DNA of 43,341 nucleotides. Source: a virus (Duplodnaviria > Caudoviricetes). Below are positions 27,060 to 37,173 of the stretch, one piece after another. Position 1 is the first letter of the stretch; each line of letters opens with the position of its first letter. The DNA lies in the IMG/VR virus record IMGVR_UViG_3300036940_000024, positions 1-43,341 of that record. One strand, 5' to 3'. The notes beneath the pieces were generated by a model. That model saw only the letters and a program-made list of their open reading frames with translations. It was not told where the DNA came from and did not search any database. Made by a program: the position numbers and the translations under genes.

Positions 27060-27608
27060 ATGGCCAAAAAGCGTAGGGAGATTACAGCAGGGTTATATGA
27101 TGCTTATGCATTTTATAAGAAGAAAGCGGGGAGGAACGGTATTAATAGGAAACTATATTCAGATCTATGTCAGGAATTTAATAAACGTATTTCTGATATG
27201 ATGATTAGAGATTCCTTAGAATTTAGAATGCCTTACAGATTAGGATTTTTAAGAGTTAAAGCTATTAAGCAGGAGGTTATTATTAAGGATGGTAAAATAG
27301 ATACCAAGAGGATGCCTATTGATTGGCCTGCGTGTAGGCAATATTGGAATGAAATATATCCAGATAAGACCTGGGAAGAGATTAAGCAGATTCCAGATAA
27401 GAAATTAATTGTTCATACTAATGAACATACTGATGGCTATTTAATGAAATGGTATTGGGATCGTAGACAATGTAATATAAAGAATTATTCAGCTTATGTA
27501 TATAGACCTGTAAAAGGGGGAGTAACTGAAGATGGTTATTACTACGGTAGAAGAGGTTTATCTACATGGGTTAAATCAGATGAAAGAGATAATTACTATT
27601 ATGGATAA
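27060..27608 (+). CDS. crAss-type IHF-like protein
   Basis: EFRMPYRLGFLRV...PIDW...NEHTDGY; sits in the conserved position before the tail tubular protein. Confidence 0.7.
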   Translation: MAKKRREITAGLYDAYAFYKKKAGRNGINRKLYSDLCQEFNKRISDMMIRDSLEFRMPYRLGFLRVKAIKQEVIIKDGKIDTKRMPIDWPACRQYWNEIYPDKTWEEIKQIPDKKLIVHTNEHTDGYLMKWYWDRRQCNIKNYSAYVYRPVKGGVTEDGYYYGRRGLSTWVKSDERDNYYYG

Positions 27609-27879
27609 ATTAGAAAATATATCAGTTATGGGTAATAATGAATATAAGAAGTGGTCTAAATCAACTGAAAAGGATGGTTGGTGTAAGAAGATCAAGGTTG
27701 AAGAGATTGAGAATGGTTACTTAGTTTGCCTAGAAGAATATGGCGAAAAAGATGGTAAATATCAGGATAGTTATAAAAAATATTATTCACAAAGCAATCC
27801 TTTAGATGGTATGAAGCCTGATGAGGGTGCTAATACTGACGAACTCGAGAAAGCTATTAAGAACTTCTTAGACTATTAA
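27601..27879 (+). CDS. hypothetical protein
   Basis: ATG 27601 overlaps the upstream stop; VEEIENGYLV motif. Confidence 0.6.
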   Translation: MDKLENISVMGNNEYKKWSKSTEKDGWCKKIKVEEIENGYLVCLEEYGEKDGKYQDSYKKYYSQSNPLDGMKPDEGANTDELEKAIKNFLDY

Positions 27880-27881
27880 TA

Positions 27882-28766
27882 ATGGCATATAACGGCAGAT
27901 ATATAAGTATACATCAAGTAGTTGAAAATGTATTTAGGGATGCTGGTTTTGATAAAGTTGACTGGGAAAGTGCAATAGCTTGGACTGTTCAGTTAATGGG
28001 TAAAATAGGCATAACTTATCAATATATTGAAATAGATACTAATGGTGAAGGGTATAACCCTCCTCCAATATCTGTTGAGAACTATAGAGGTATGCTACCT
28101 ACAGGGTTTGTAAATATAAAGTCAGCTCGTAGGGTACAAATAGACGATTTAGGTAATATAGTTGATTTCAGACCTATGATAGCATCTACCGATGTATATC
28201 ATCAAACTAATTTAGAAGAAGAGTATAATAATCCTACTGCTTATGACCCGGTAGCTAGAGTTACCAACTTTACCTTAGATGAATATGGGGATTTAGAAGC
28301 TGAAGATAACTTTATTCAACAGGATAAAATTAATTATACTAATACATTACCTAATACATATAAGATACAAGGGGATTATATCTTTACAGATTTTAAAGAA
28401 GGTAATATAGAGTTAGTGTACACAAGTTACCCTATAGATAATGAAGGGTTTCCCATGATTCCCGATGATGAGAAGTATATATCTGCATTAGAATATTATA
28501 TTACATATAAACTAGATTGGAAGAGGTGGCGTAGGAATCCAGCAAGTCCAGGTTTAAAAGCAGTTGTTAATGATAGTGAACAACAATATTTATTTGCAGT
28601 TGCATCTGCTAGAACTAAAGCACATATTCCTTCTGTAGATCAAATGGAATCATTAAAAAATATGTGGCTAAGGAGTATACCTAAACCTAATGAACATTCT
28701 AATGGGTTTAAGACTTTAAATACCCAAGAACGTAGATATAATCAATATCCTAATAAACGACGTTAA
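27882..28766 (+). CDS. tail tubular/ring protein (P22 gp4-like)
   Basis: YRGMLP, TYKIQGDYIFTDFKEG.IELVY...D.EGFPMIPDD...ALEYYI. Confidence 0.8.
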   Translation: MAYNGRYISIHQVVENVFRDAGFDKVDWESAIAWTVQLMGKIGITYQYIEIDTNGEGYNPPPISVENYRGMLPTGFVNIKSARRVQIDDLGNIVDFRPMIASTDVYHQTNLEEEYNNPTAYDPVARVTNFTLDEYGDLEAEDNFIQQDKINYTNTLPNTYKIQGDYIFTDFKEGNIELVYTSYPIDNEGFPMIPDDEKYISALEYYITYKLDWKRWRRNPASPGLKAVVNDSEQQYLFAVASARTKAHIPSVDQMESLKNMWLRSIPKPNEHSNGFKTLNTQERRYNQYPNKRR

Positions 28767-28768
28767 TA

Positions 28769-31700
28769 ATGACCAAAAGGCATATAAATACATTTTCTGG
28801 TGGTATAGACAGGGACACTTCTGTAAACAAATATGATAATACCCATTATTATGATGCAGAAAACATACGCCCTATATCTAATAATACTTTTACTAGTGGA
28901 GCCATAAGTAATGTAGATGGTTTACTTGAAAAAGTTGATTTTGAAAATATTTCTGTTAATGCCCCCTCTGGTTCTTTTATAAGTAATATTACTATATATA
29001 AAGTAATAGTAATTAGGGATCATCTCGTGGTATTTGCAAACTTTTCTTTAACTATTTTGAATGAATTAGACCCAGGAAAGATAGTAGATGGTATTATTAC
29101 TGCGGATTTAGTTGACGGGGAGTTTACCAATTTTAATATACCAATTTACTATTATGACGGTTCTAGTAATCCGCTTGACTTCCATAAAGATATGTCTGTA
29201 GTAGGTCGTTATGAGTCTCAAAATATTCAAAAAGTATATTGGGCTGATGGGGTTAACCCATTGAGGGTAGCTAATATTAAAAGAAATCCTTCATTAATAA
29301 CTCCGGGAGAATTAGATCATGTACCAGATGTAACTTTTAGTAATATTACTGATTTAGAAGTAGTACAAGGTGGTTCTTATACTTCTGGGGTTGTTCAATA
29401 TGCTTACCAGTTATATAATCCATACGGTGCTATTACCACTATTTCACCGGTATCTAATCCAGTATTATTGTCCTCTCTTCCTGAAAATGAAATAGGTGGC
29501 TCTGATATAGGAGTAGATACTGACAAATCTGTACGAGTTAGCATATTTGATTTAGATACTAGATTTAGTAGAATAAGAGTATTAGCTTTATTTTATGAAG
29601 AATTATATTCTAATCCTGTAGTTAATATAGTAACAGAACAAGAAAATACTGGTAGTATATCTTTTACAGATACAGGGAATTCTATAGGAACCATGTCTTA
29701 TGAGGAATTTCTAGTATTTAATAATACAGTGTATTCTCCTAAATCTATAGAGACTAAGAATAATATATTATTTTCTGCTAATGTAAAAGAGTCTTTCTTT
29801 CGTTCCGATATTTTAGAGAATCCAGATAATCCTAATTATTGGGACAGTAGGGCGTACCCTTTTCCTAAAAACAGTAATAATACTGATATATACGTAGATG
29901 TTAATTCCGAGACTAGTGTACAAGTTTCTTCCGATACTTTAGACACTATTCACCACGATGCAGATGCTTTAGTAGTAAATTCTCACAAATTTAATACTTA
30001 TAGTGCACCTGCCTCTATAACAGCAGGGGGGGCTTTAGAAAGAACTTATCGACCAAATAGTGAACAATTAGGGGGAGAGGGTCCTAACATATATTATGAA
30101 ATATACTCAAATTATAATAATGATCCTGGAAGTTGGGGGTCAGATCCTTACCTATCTAATACGAAAAAAACTAAAGTGTCTGGTTTACAATTAGGGGAAG
30201 TATATAGATTTGGTATAGTCTTTTACAATAAAAAAGGTCAAGTTAGCTTTGTAAAATGGATACAAGATATTAGAATACCTTATAGAACAGATTTTGATTT
30301 ATATACTGGTACAGGGGCTTATAATGCTTTTGTTCAGTTTACTATAAAGCCAGGTAAAGAACCGTGGCAATATGATACCGAAATAGCAGGATGGCAAATA
30401 GTCAGGGTTAAAAGAACTTTTGAGGACAGGGAACTTGTAGCCAATGGAGCTTTGATCCCTACAGATGTAACATCTGGAGAAGACTTCTGTAGACCTGTTT
30501 GTTATTATGATAGTAATTATCCAAATGATTATAATATAGGAATTCCTTTAGTTAGTGATGGGGTCAGTTCTTTATACCCAGCATCTACTGATAATCCTCC
30601 AAAATTATTTGAGTTTATTTCCCCCGAAATATTATTCAATGATTTAGAAATAAACACTAACTACAGTGTATTAATTAATTATGTTTCAGAGTATAATTCA
30701 CAAGTAATAGAGTTGACTGTGGATCTTTCAGAGCAACTAGTTTTAGGTACTTCCGGTAAAAACCTTTATGCTATAGATTATGATAGTCTAGAAGTTATAA
30801 CAAAGGCTATTCCTATAATAGCTGCTGAAAAGGTATCTCCAAATACTTGGACTAGTTCAGGTAATTTTTCAGTATTTAGCATAGGAGGTACTGATACGTA
30901 TTCTAAGTACAGAAATGAGGTAAAAACAGGAACATTTCCAGTACAATCAGATGCAAACAATTACGGAATAGGTGGTACTAGATATGTATTAAATCTTTCT
31001 GAGAGTTTGGCTAATTTGGAAGAAGTTATTCAGGGGCTGGGATGGTCATCTAATGAAACTAAACGTCTTCTAAACGTTGATATCATTAAAGATGTTTCTT
31101 ATACTAGATATGGGGGGATTACTTATAATGCGAGAGTTTTAAATACATATATTCCATATGGAAGTATAAACAGTACATCAGATAACACAGATTCTACTGG
31201 CCATAATAATTATAATGGAGACACTTATATTCGTAATTTTCGGTATTTACGAAATATGTATCAAAGACAATATCCAGAAGATTGGGGAAATAACGATGGT
31301 TTACAAGAGTTAATAAATTTCCCTGTATTTACCAGTATAGACTTAAACTACAGATTTGATAAAATAGAAGATTATATTCTTAAAGGTGGGAGTGTAGATA
31401 CAGATAGCTCTGGTATACCAAGAGAGATGATGGTACAAGAAACTGTAGAATTAGGTCTCAAATACCAACCTACTGTTTATGATGAATCTATAGGTGATTT
31501 ATATACTTATAATTCGGTTTATAGTAAGGAGAATGAAGCTAAGAAGTTCTACCCTAAACCATTTGATTTTGTGGACCAATCCACTATAGATACTAAGATT
31601 ATAGCTTCGGAAGTTAAGACTAACGGTGAGTATATTGATAGCTGGACTTTACTTAAACCTAATAATTTTATCGAAGTAGAATCAGAGTATGGTCCTATAG

Positions 31701-32968
31701 TAAAGTTAAAAAGATTTATGAATAATCTATTATGTTTTCAACCAGAGGGCGTATCTTTACTTGCTGTTAATGATAGAAGTCTTATTAATGACGGTTCTGG
31801 AGTACAGCTTGCCTTAGGTACAGGTGGAGTATTAGAAAGGTATGATTATATTAGCAATGGAAAAGGTATATCTAATCCAAATGCTTTAGTTGCTTCTAAA
31901 CAAGCTCTATATTTTATTGATGAATATAATAAAGAGTTATGGATGTTACAAGGGGCAAATTCGCAAGAATTAAGCCGAATTAAAGGCTTTTCTAGTAAGA
32001 TTAATAGTTTGATACCAAGTACTAAAATATTGGCTGGATTTGACCCTAATTTTAACGAAATATATTTCAGTTTTGATAATGAAACTTGGGTATTAAACGA
32101 GATACTCGGTTCTGTTATAGGAAAATTTAGTGTAAACCCATCTAATTATTTTAATTTAAAGGGTAAGTTTTATTCTATTACTAATAATATTCTAAGTGAA
32201 AATAACAATCCTAATTCTAAATTAGGAGATAAATCATATATTACATTACTAATTAATCCTAATAGTAATATAATTAATAGTTTTGATAACTTAGATTTTA
32301 GAACAGAGGTTTCTTTAAATAACAATACAGGTTATATAAAAGGTATTAAACTTGATTATACTATATCAGAAGCTACTCAAGGTGATGAGAATTATATAGT
32401 AAATACCAATACCCTTATTGATTATAATGATGATGAATTAATTTATATTAATTTAGCCCCTAAAATAACAGGAGAATTAACTAGATCTTTAGTAATAACT
32501 TATACTGGCCCAGATTTATATAGCAGTGAGCCTCTATTATTTAAACTAAAGACTCTTAATTTACAAGCAATAGGTGCTGATGTGTCTGATATTAAAGTAT
32601 ATGTAACAGGTGATTTAGACAGTTATAAGTATGTAACTACTGTACCTAGTGTACCAGAAACAACTACTTATTCAGTGGACTTTACACCTTATACACCTAA
32701 CTTTAATTTTGATAACTTTGGTACAGTAGATAGGATTATTTATGAAAATAGTTATATTGACCCTATTACCAAAGCTACTAAATTATCTGATCCGGGTAAA
32801 ACTGTTAGTTATTTAGCTAGAGCTTTTAGGACTCAAGTACCTCAAACTCAAGATGGTAATAGGTTTGTAGACAGTTATTTACTGGTAACATTTGAGTTTG
32901 ATAATATAGACAATCTTAACTTTAAATTACATGATGTAATAAGTTACTATAGAGAAGCTAAGATTTAA
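28769..32968 (+). CDS. tail stabilisation/muzzle protein (P22 gp10-like)
   Basis: NTFSGG..RD, YYDAENIR, KVYWADG.NPLR, GEVYRFGIVFY, GDTY, DSW...N, LGTGGVLERYDY. Confidence 0.85.
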   Translation: MTKRHINTFSGGIDRDTSVNKYDNTHYYDAENIRPISNNTFTSGAISNVDGLLEKVDFENISVNAPSGSFISNITIYKVIVIRDHLVVFANFSLTILNELDPGKIVDGIITADLVDGEFTNFNIPIYYYDGSSNPLDFHKDMSVVGRYESQNIQKVYWADGVNPLRVANIKRNPSLITPGELDHVPDVTFSNITDLEVVQGGSYTSGVVQYAYQLYNPYGAITTISPVSNPVLLSSLPENEIGGSDIGVDTDKSVRVSIFDLDTRFSRIRVLALFYEELYSNPVVNIVTEQENTGSISFTDTGNSIGTMSYEEFLVFNNTVYSPKSIETKNNILFSANVKESFFRSDILENPDNPNYWDSRAYPFPKNSNNTDIYVDVNSETSVQVSSDTLDTIHHDADALVVNSHKFNTYSAPASITAGGALERTYRPNSEQLGGEGPNIYYEIYSNYNNDPGSWGSDPYLSNTKKTKVSGLQLGEVYRFGIVFYNKKGQVSFVKWIQDIRIPYRTDFDLYTGTGAYNAFVQFTIKPGKEPWQYDTEIAGWQIVRVKRTFEDRELVANGALIPTDVTSGEDFCRPVCYYDSNYPNDYNIGIPLVSDGVSSLYPASTDNPPKLFEFISPEILFNDLEINTNYSVLINYVSEYNSQVIELTVDLSEQLVLGTSGKNLYAIDYDSLEVITKAIPIIAAEKVSPNTWTSSGNFSVFSIGGTDTYSKYRNEVKTGTFPVQSDANNYGIGGTRYVLNLSESLANLEEVIQGLGWSSNETKRLLNVDIIKDVSYTRYGGITYNARVLNTYIPYGSINSTSDNTDSTGHNNYNGDTYIRNFRYLRNMYQRQYPEDWGNNDGLQELINFPVFTSIDLNYRFDKIEDYILKGGSVDTDSSGIPREMMVQETVELGLKYQPTVYDESIGDLYTYNSVYSKENEAKKFYPKPFDFVDQSTIDTKIIASEVKTNGEYIDSWTLLKPNNFIEVESEYGPIVKLKRFMNNLLCFQPEGVSLLAVNDRSLINDGSGVQLALGTGGVLERYDYISNGKGISNPNALVASKQALYFIDEYNKELWMLQGANSQELSRIKGFSSKINSLIPSTKILAGFDPNFNEIYFSFDNETWVLNEILGSVIGKFSVNPSNYFNLKGKFYSITNNILSENNNPNSKLGDKSYITLLINPNSNIINSFDNLDFRTEVSLNNNTGYIKGIKLDYTISEATQGDENYIVNTNTLIDYNDDELIYINLAPKITGELTRSLVITYTGPDLYSSEPLLFKLKTLNLQAIGADVSDIKVYVTGDLDSYKYVTTVPSVPETTTYSVDFTPYTPNFNFDNFGTVDRIIYENSYIDPITKATKLSDPGKTVSYLARAFRTQVPQTQDGNRFVDSYLLVTFEFDNIDNLNFKLHDVISYYREAKI

Positions 32969-32996
32969 TATTAGTTTATTATTATAAATTGATTTA

Positions 32997-33052
32997 AAGT
33001 CAATAGAAAATTAAATTTATTTTGTATTAATCATATAAAGCCTCTATATTTA
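32997..33052 (+). promoter_or_regulatory. three-part late promoter, copy 4 (cargo proteins)
   Basis: AAGTCAAT-N16-TTTG-N20-TATATTTA. Confidence 0.6.
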
Positions 33053-33062
33053 GGGGCTTTTA
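33037..33062 (+). terminator. terminator-like hairpin overlapping the promoter -7 box
   Basis: AAAGCCTCTA-TATT-TAGGGGCTTT, a 10-bp stem. Confidence 0.6.
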
Positions 33063-33075
33063 ACTTTTAAATACT

Positions 33076-34320
33076 ATGAATTATATGCAATCTAGGGGTT
33101 TGTCCCAAATAAATATAAATCCTTCAGCGACACAGTTGCAACCAATGCAATCTTATCCTGCAGGCCAATCGATGTCAGGGGGCATGATGGGTGGTCCCTA
33201 CGGGATGGCAGGCAACATGATAGGAGGCGCTGTACAGTCTTTTGGACAGCCCAATCAACCTAATTACGGTTCTAATATTGCTGGCGGGGCGCTCTCCGGC
33301 GCAGGTACAGGTGCCGCTATTGGTTCAGTAGTGCCTGGCATAGGTACGGCCATTGGTGCAGTTGCCGGTGGATTGATAGGAGGCGTAAAGGGCTTATTTG
33401 GGTCTTCTTCTAAGGATAAGCAATTGGAGGCTCAGGAGGAAGCCAAGCGTAAGCAGCAAGAACAAATGCAGCGTCAATCTATGATACAAAATAGGATGCA
33501 GTCATATAATCAAAATAATCCAGATTATAACTATGCACCTACATTTAAAACAGGAGGGATGCTTAGTTCATATCCTAATGGTGGTACTATCCAAGGTTTA
33601 GGTATAGGTCAGTTACCAACAGAAACAGTAGAAGCGCCTACTAAATTTGATACCAGACCTGTCTATAGGCAACATTTTGCAAAGATGTCCCCAGAACAAA
33701 TAGATGCAGTCAGGAGACAATCAAATGCTACTACAAATGAAGGTTTGCAGGAAGCTTTTAATAGGTTATATACTAAGGGGCCTAATACACAGTATTTAGC
33801 TGGTAATAATAGTGTATACCAAATGACTAGGAGGGGTGAGCCTTTATATCAACAGGTAGAGAGGTCTCCTGGAATGGGTAATTACAGGGATATTGATTTT
33901 AACAATGCTCCTTTATCTGATAAGGAAACTCTTGATATATACAATGAACAGTATAAGTCTGTATATCCTGATAAAAATTCGTATTTAAATCAAATGAATC
34001 TTCAAAGAGAAGTGGCTGGATTTGCTGATATACCTGGATTAAATCTTGGAATGGGTAACAGAGCAGGTCATGAATATTATGCTAAAGGTGGTAGTATTAA
34101 AATAGATCCTTCTAAAAAAGCTAATTTTGCTAAGAATTTTGCTAAAGCAGATGGTGGTTATTTAGAACAAACTAGATACAACCCAGATATAACTGCATAT
34201 AACTCTGGTGGTTCCACACATGAAACCTCTCCTTATGGAGGCATACCTATTGGAAATAAAGGTAGTGTAGAATCAGGAGAAGTACGGTATGGTGATTATA
34301 TATTTAGTGATAGATTTTAA
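33076..34320 (+). CDS. ejected cargo protein with glycine-zipper TM segment
   Basis: GAGTGAAIGSVVPGIGTAIGAVAGGLIGG; GG.THE..P.GG...VE.GE..DYIFSDR; located after the muzzle. Confidence 0.75.
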   Translation: MNYMQSRGLSQININPSATQLQPMQSYPAGQSMSGGMMGGPYGMAGNMIGGAVQSFGQPNQPNYGSNIAGGALSGAGTGAAIGSVVPGIGTAIGAVAGGLIGGVKGLFGSSSKDKQLEAQEEAKRKQQEQMQRQSMIQNRMQSYNQNNPDYNYAPTFKTGGMLSSYPNGGTIQGLGIGQLPTETVEAPTKFDTRPVYRQHFAKMSPEQIDAVRRQSNATTNEGLQEAFNRLYTKGPNTQYLAGNNSVYQMTRRGEPLYQQVERSPGMGNYRDIDFNNAPLSDKETLDIYNEQYKSVYPDKNSYLNQMNLQREVAGFADIPGLNLGMGNRAGHEYYAKGGSIKIDPSKKANFAKNFAKADGGYLEQTRYNPDITAYNSGGSTHETSPYGGIPIGNKGSVESGEVRYGDYIFSDRF

Positions 34321-34341
34321 GAATATTTAAGATATATTAAT

Positions 34342-35406
34342 ATGGCTAATAAGAAAAATAAACCTACTTTTGCTTCGAGAGCTAGGGATATAATTAAGAA
34401 ATATAAACGTGCTAATTGGGATTCTATTGAAAAAGAACAATTGGATAGGGAATTAGCTGCTCTAGCACAAGAACAGGAGCAATATAGACAGGCTAACGGT
34501 ATGGGTAACTATAGTGATAATCGTGTGCGGAATGGTAAGCATGATGGTATTACTCCTGGAAGTAATAGTATTCTTGCTCCTAATGAACAAAGTCAATTTG
34601 ACTACACTTTAGGTATTAATACCTATACTAATCCTATGACAGAATTAAGTAAAAATGCTCCTCAGCAACTAGATGTACCTGCTTTCCAAGATGTTGTTAG
34701 TGGCGGACCAGAGGAGTGGGCGCCTATTAATGATTACAGAGCGTCAATGACTTCTACAAGTGCGGGAATGTTGCCTACATCAGGCTTATCTAATTATAGT
34801 ACCTCTATTATACCAAGTATAGCCTCCGGAGCAATTACTGCCGGTGCTAATATGTTTATGGCAAATAGAGCCATGAGAGATATACCAGAGATGAGTTTAA
34901 ATAGATTATCACCAGAAGAAATATCTTTAGCTAGGGAACGCTCTGGTGTACAGAGGCAATCGAGTATAGCTGGTAGAATAGCTAGAAGTAATGCTGCCAG
35001 AGGTTCAAGGACAAGGGGTGAATATTTATCTACAGCAGCTGCACAAGAAGCCGCTATGAATAGGGGTACAGCTGAGGCGTTATCTGGCTTATATTCCCAA
35101 GAAGCACGCATGAATGCTGCTGAAAGAGCTAGAGTTTCTGAAGCTAATGCTAGACTACAGGCCCAAGAAGCTCAAGCTAATTTTATGGCGCAACAACAAG
35201 CTAGAGCTAATCGAGATGCTTATACTAGTGCTGCTATACAAGCTATACCTCAAACAATGATGAACGTAGCAGGTATTAGACAACAAGATGCATTAATTAA
35301 TAGTTTAGGTCAAGATTATTCAATAGGTCAATACCAAGATCCTAGTTTGAACTGGTTTCAAAAAATTACTCAACCTAAACAAATTGTAAGGAGATATAAA
35401 GAATAA
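34342..35406 (+). CDS. ejected cargo protein (A/Q/R-rich helical)
   Basis: Long Ala/Gln-rich helical region; synteny. Confidence 0.7.
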   Translation: MANKKNKPTFASRARDIIKKYKRANWDSIEKEQLDRELAALAQEQEQYRQANGMGNYSDNRVRNGKHDGITPGSNSILAPNEQSQFDYTLGINTYTNPMTELSKNAPQQLDVPAFQDVVSGGPEEWAPINDYRASMTSTSAGMLPTSGLSNYSTSIIPSIASGAITAGANMFMANRAMRDIPEMSLNRLSPEEISLARERSGVQRQSSIAGRIARSNAARGSRTRGEYLSTAAAQEAAMNRGTAEALSGLYSQEARMNAAERARVSEANARLQAQEAQANFMAQQQARANRDAYTSAAIQAIPQTMMNVAGIRQQDALINSLGQDYSIGQYQDPSLNWFQKITQPKQIVRRYKE

Positions 35407-35408
35407 TT

Positions 35409-37169
35409 ATGGCTACACCAATACAATATATACCACAGCCTATATTTAGTAATGTAGGCATGTTACAGCAACAATTAGCACAAGATCAAGCAAGGCATGA
35501 TTTAGCTATGCAGCAACAAGTAGCTATGGAAGATATGTTTGCTGAAGTACCCACACATCCTACGGATATACCTATTAAAAATAAAGTACTAGGAGATTTC
35601 CAGTCTAAAGTACAGGAGGTAGTAGATAGGTATGGAGGTGATTATGGAGCTGCTGCTAAAGATATTGCTAGATTAACTAGTAAGACTAGACAAAATCCAT
35701 TCTTTCAGTTAGCACCAGAACGTCGTAGACTAGCAGAAGAAGAGCGCAAAGCTAGATTACAATTAGGGCCTAATTATATTCCTATACAATCTGTTACAGA
35801 TAAACCATTACAAGATCCTGAATCTGGCGAATGGGTTTCTCCTGAAGAATTATCGTATGATTATGAAGATCGTAGAAAACTTAGAGAATTAGCTCAACAA
35901 GAGTATGATGACGTAATGAAGAGAGTTGAAGATTCTGGTTGGTATCAAAATCAAAAATTTCCTTGGATGTTACAGAAAGATGTAACAAGAGGTGCTAGAC
36001 AAGAAGAAGTACCAGAATTAGCTGCTAATATTAAACAAACTTTATTAGAAACTAGACCTGAGTTACAAAATGCAGGTGAAGACCAAGTTAATGCAATTGC
36101 TCAAAATTTAGCTAATGAATTTGTATTAGGTACTAGATCTGATGAAATGATAGACCCTACCTTTGGTAAAGAAATGGCTGGAGAGCGTAGTGGTATGGGT
36201 AATTTACCATATTTTGTATCTGTATATCAAGAGGAAGGTAAACCAGTAGTTAATAAAAGAGCACAATCTGCTTTAGATAAATACAATAGTATACAAAATA
36301 CTTTAGCAGAAGCGGATGAGGAAATAGAGACTTTAACTGCTAATTTACAAGAAAAAGGTGCCACTTCTGAATATATAGATAGAATGACTTCTAATGCTAA
36401 GAATAGGAGACAGCAGGCTAAAGAAGAGTGGGATAATACAATTAAAGAATTGAAAAAGGATATTCCATTATTTGAATATTTGACAGAAGAAAAAGATTTA
36501 GATGAAAATGAAGCTCTTGGTAAGATTCAAGATATTCAAGAAAATACTTTAGCTACTGGATATTTCGGTACTACATATTATCCAGAAGATAAGGAAAGTG
36601 TTATACCTGAATTTCTAAGAGGTTTTACAAGCAAAATTTCACAAAATACCCCTATTTACAAAGAAACTCCAGAAGGTGATAGAGAGAAGCTACAAGAAGG
36701 AGCTTTATGGTGGAAATCTAATAAACCTATTGGTCAAGTACTTACAGAAAAAGGTATTGATATAAATGATGTAGGTTATAATTTTGAAGATGAAGAGTTT
36801 GTATTAGAAACTTCTAAAGAAGGAGAAGGATTTACTACTTATAAAATACCGTTTTCAGGTGTAAAAGATCAAGCGATTAAAGAATCATTAAGGAATTTTA
36901 AAGAGTTTACCGATGCTTATACTGGTATTAAAAAACCAGGTGAATATCCAATAGGCTCTGATGAAAGACCTAGTTATGTATTAGACGTGGATTATAGTGA
37001 TGAAGGTGATTTGGAAAGAAATATTTATAAAGTAATGGGTGTAAAAGATGGTGAAGTTATTAAACATCCCGAACCTATACCTGTACAAATGGTTATGAGT
37101 GATGCTACTTCCAATTTATTTACTAACTATGGTTTAAAACCAGATTATAAAGCACCTAAGATAAAGTAA
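35409..37169 (+). CDS. putative cargo/internal virion protein
   Basis: 586-aa helical protein between cargo genes. Confidence 0.65.
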   Translation: MATPIQYIPQPIFSNVGMLQQQLAQDQARHDLAMQQQVAMEDMFAEVPTHPTDIPIKNKVLGDFQSKVQEVVDRYGGDYGAAAKDIARLTSKTRQNPFFQLAPERRRLAEEERKARLQLGPNYIPIQSVTDKPLQDPESGEWVSPEELSYDYEDRRKLRELAQQEYDDVMKRVEDSGWYQNQKFPWMLQKDVTRGARQEEVPELAANIKQTLLETRPELQNAGEDQVNAIAQNLANEFVLGTRSDEMIDPTFGKEMAGERSGMGNLPYFVSVYQEEGKPVVNKRAQSALDKYNSIQNTLAEADEEIETLTANLQEKGATSEYIDRMTSNAKNRRQQAKEEWDNTIKELKKDIPLFEYLTEEKDLDENEALGKIQDIQENTLATGYFGTTYYPEDKESVIPEFLRGFTSKISQNTPIYKETPEGDREKLQEGALWWKSNKPIGQVLTEKGIDINDVGYNFEDEEFVLETSKEGEGFTTYKIPFSGVKDQAIKESLRNFKEFTDAYTGIKKPGEYPIGSDERPSYVLDVDYSDEGDLERNIYKVMGVKDGEVIKHPEPIPVQMVMSDATSNLFTNYGLKPDYKAPKIK

Positions 37170-37173
37170 TATT

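Noticed and set aside
33160-33480. GC-rich patch as a foreign insertion
   Set aside because: Explained by the Gly/Ala-rich coding of the glycine zipper.
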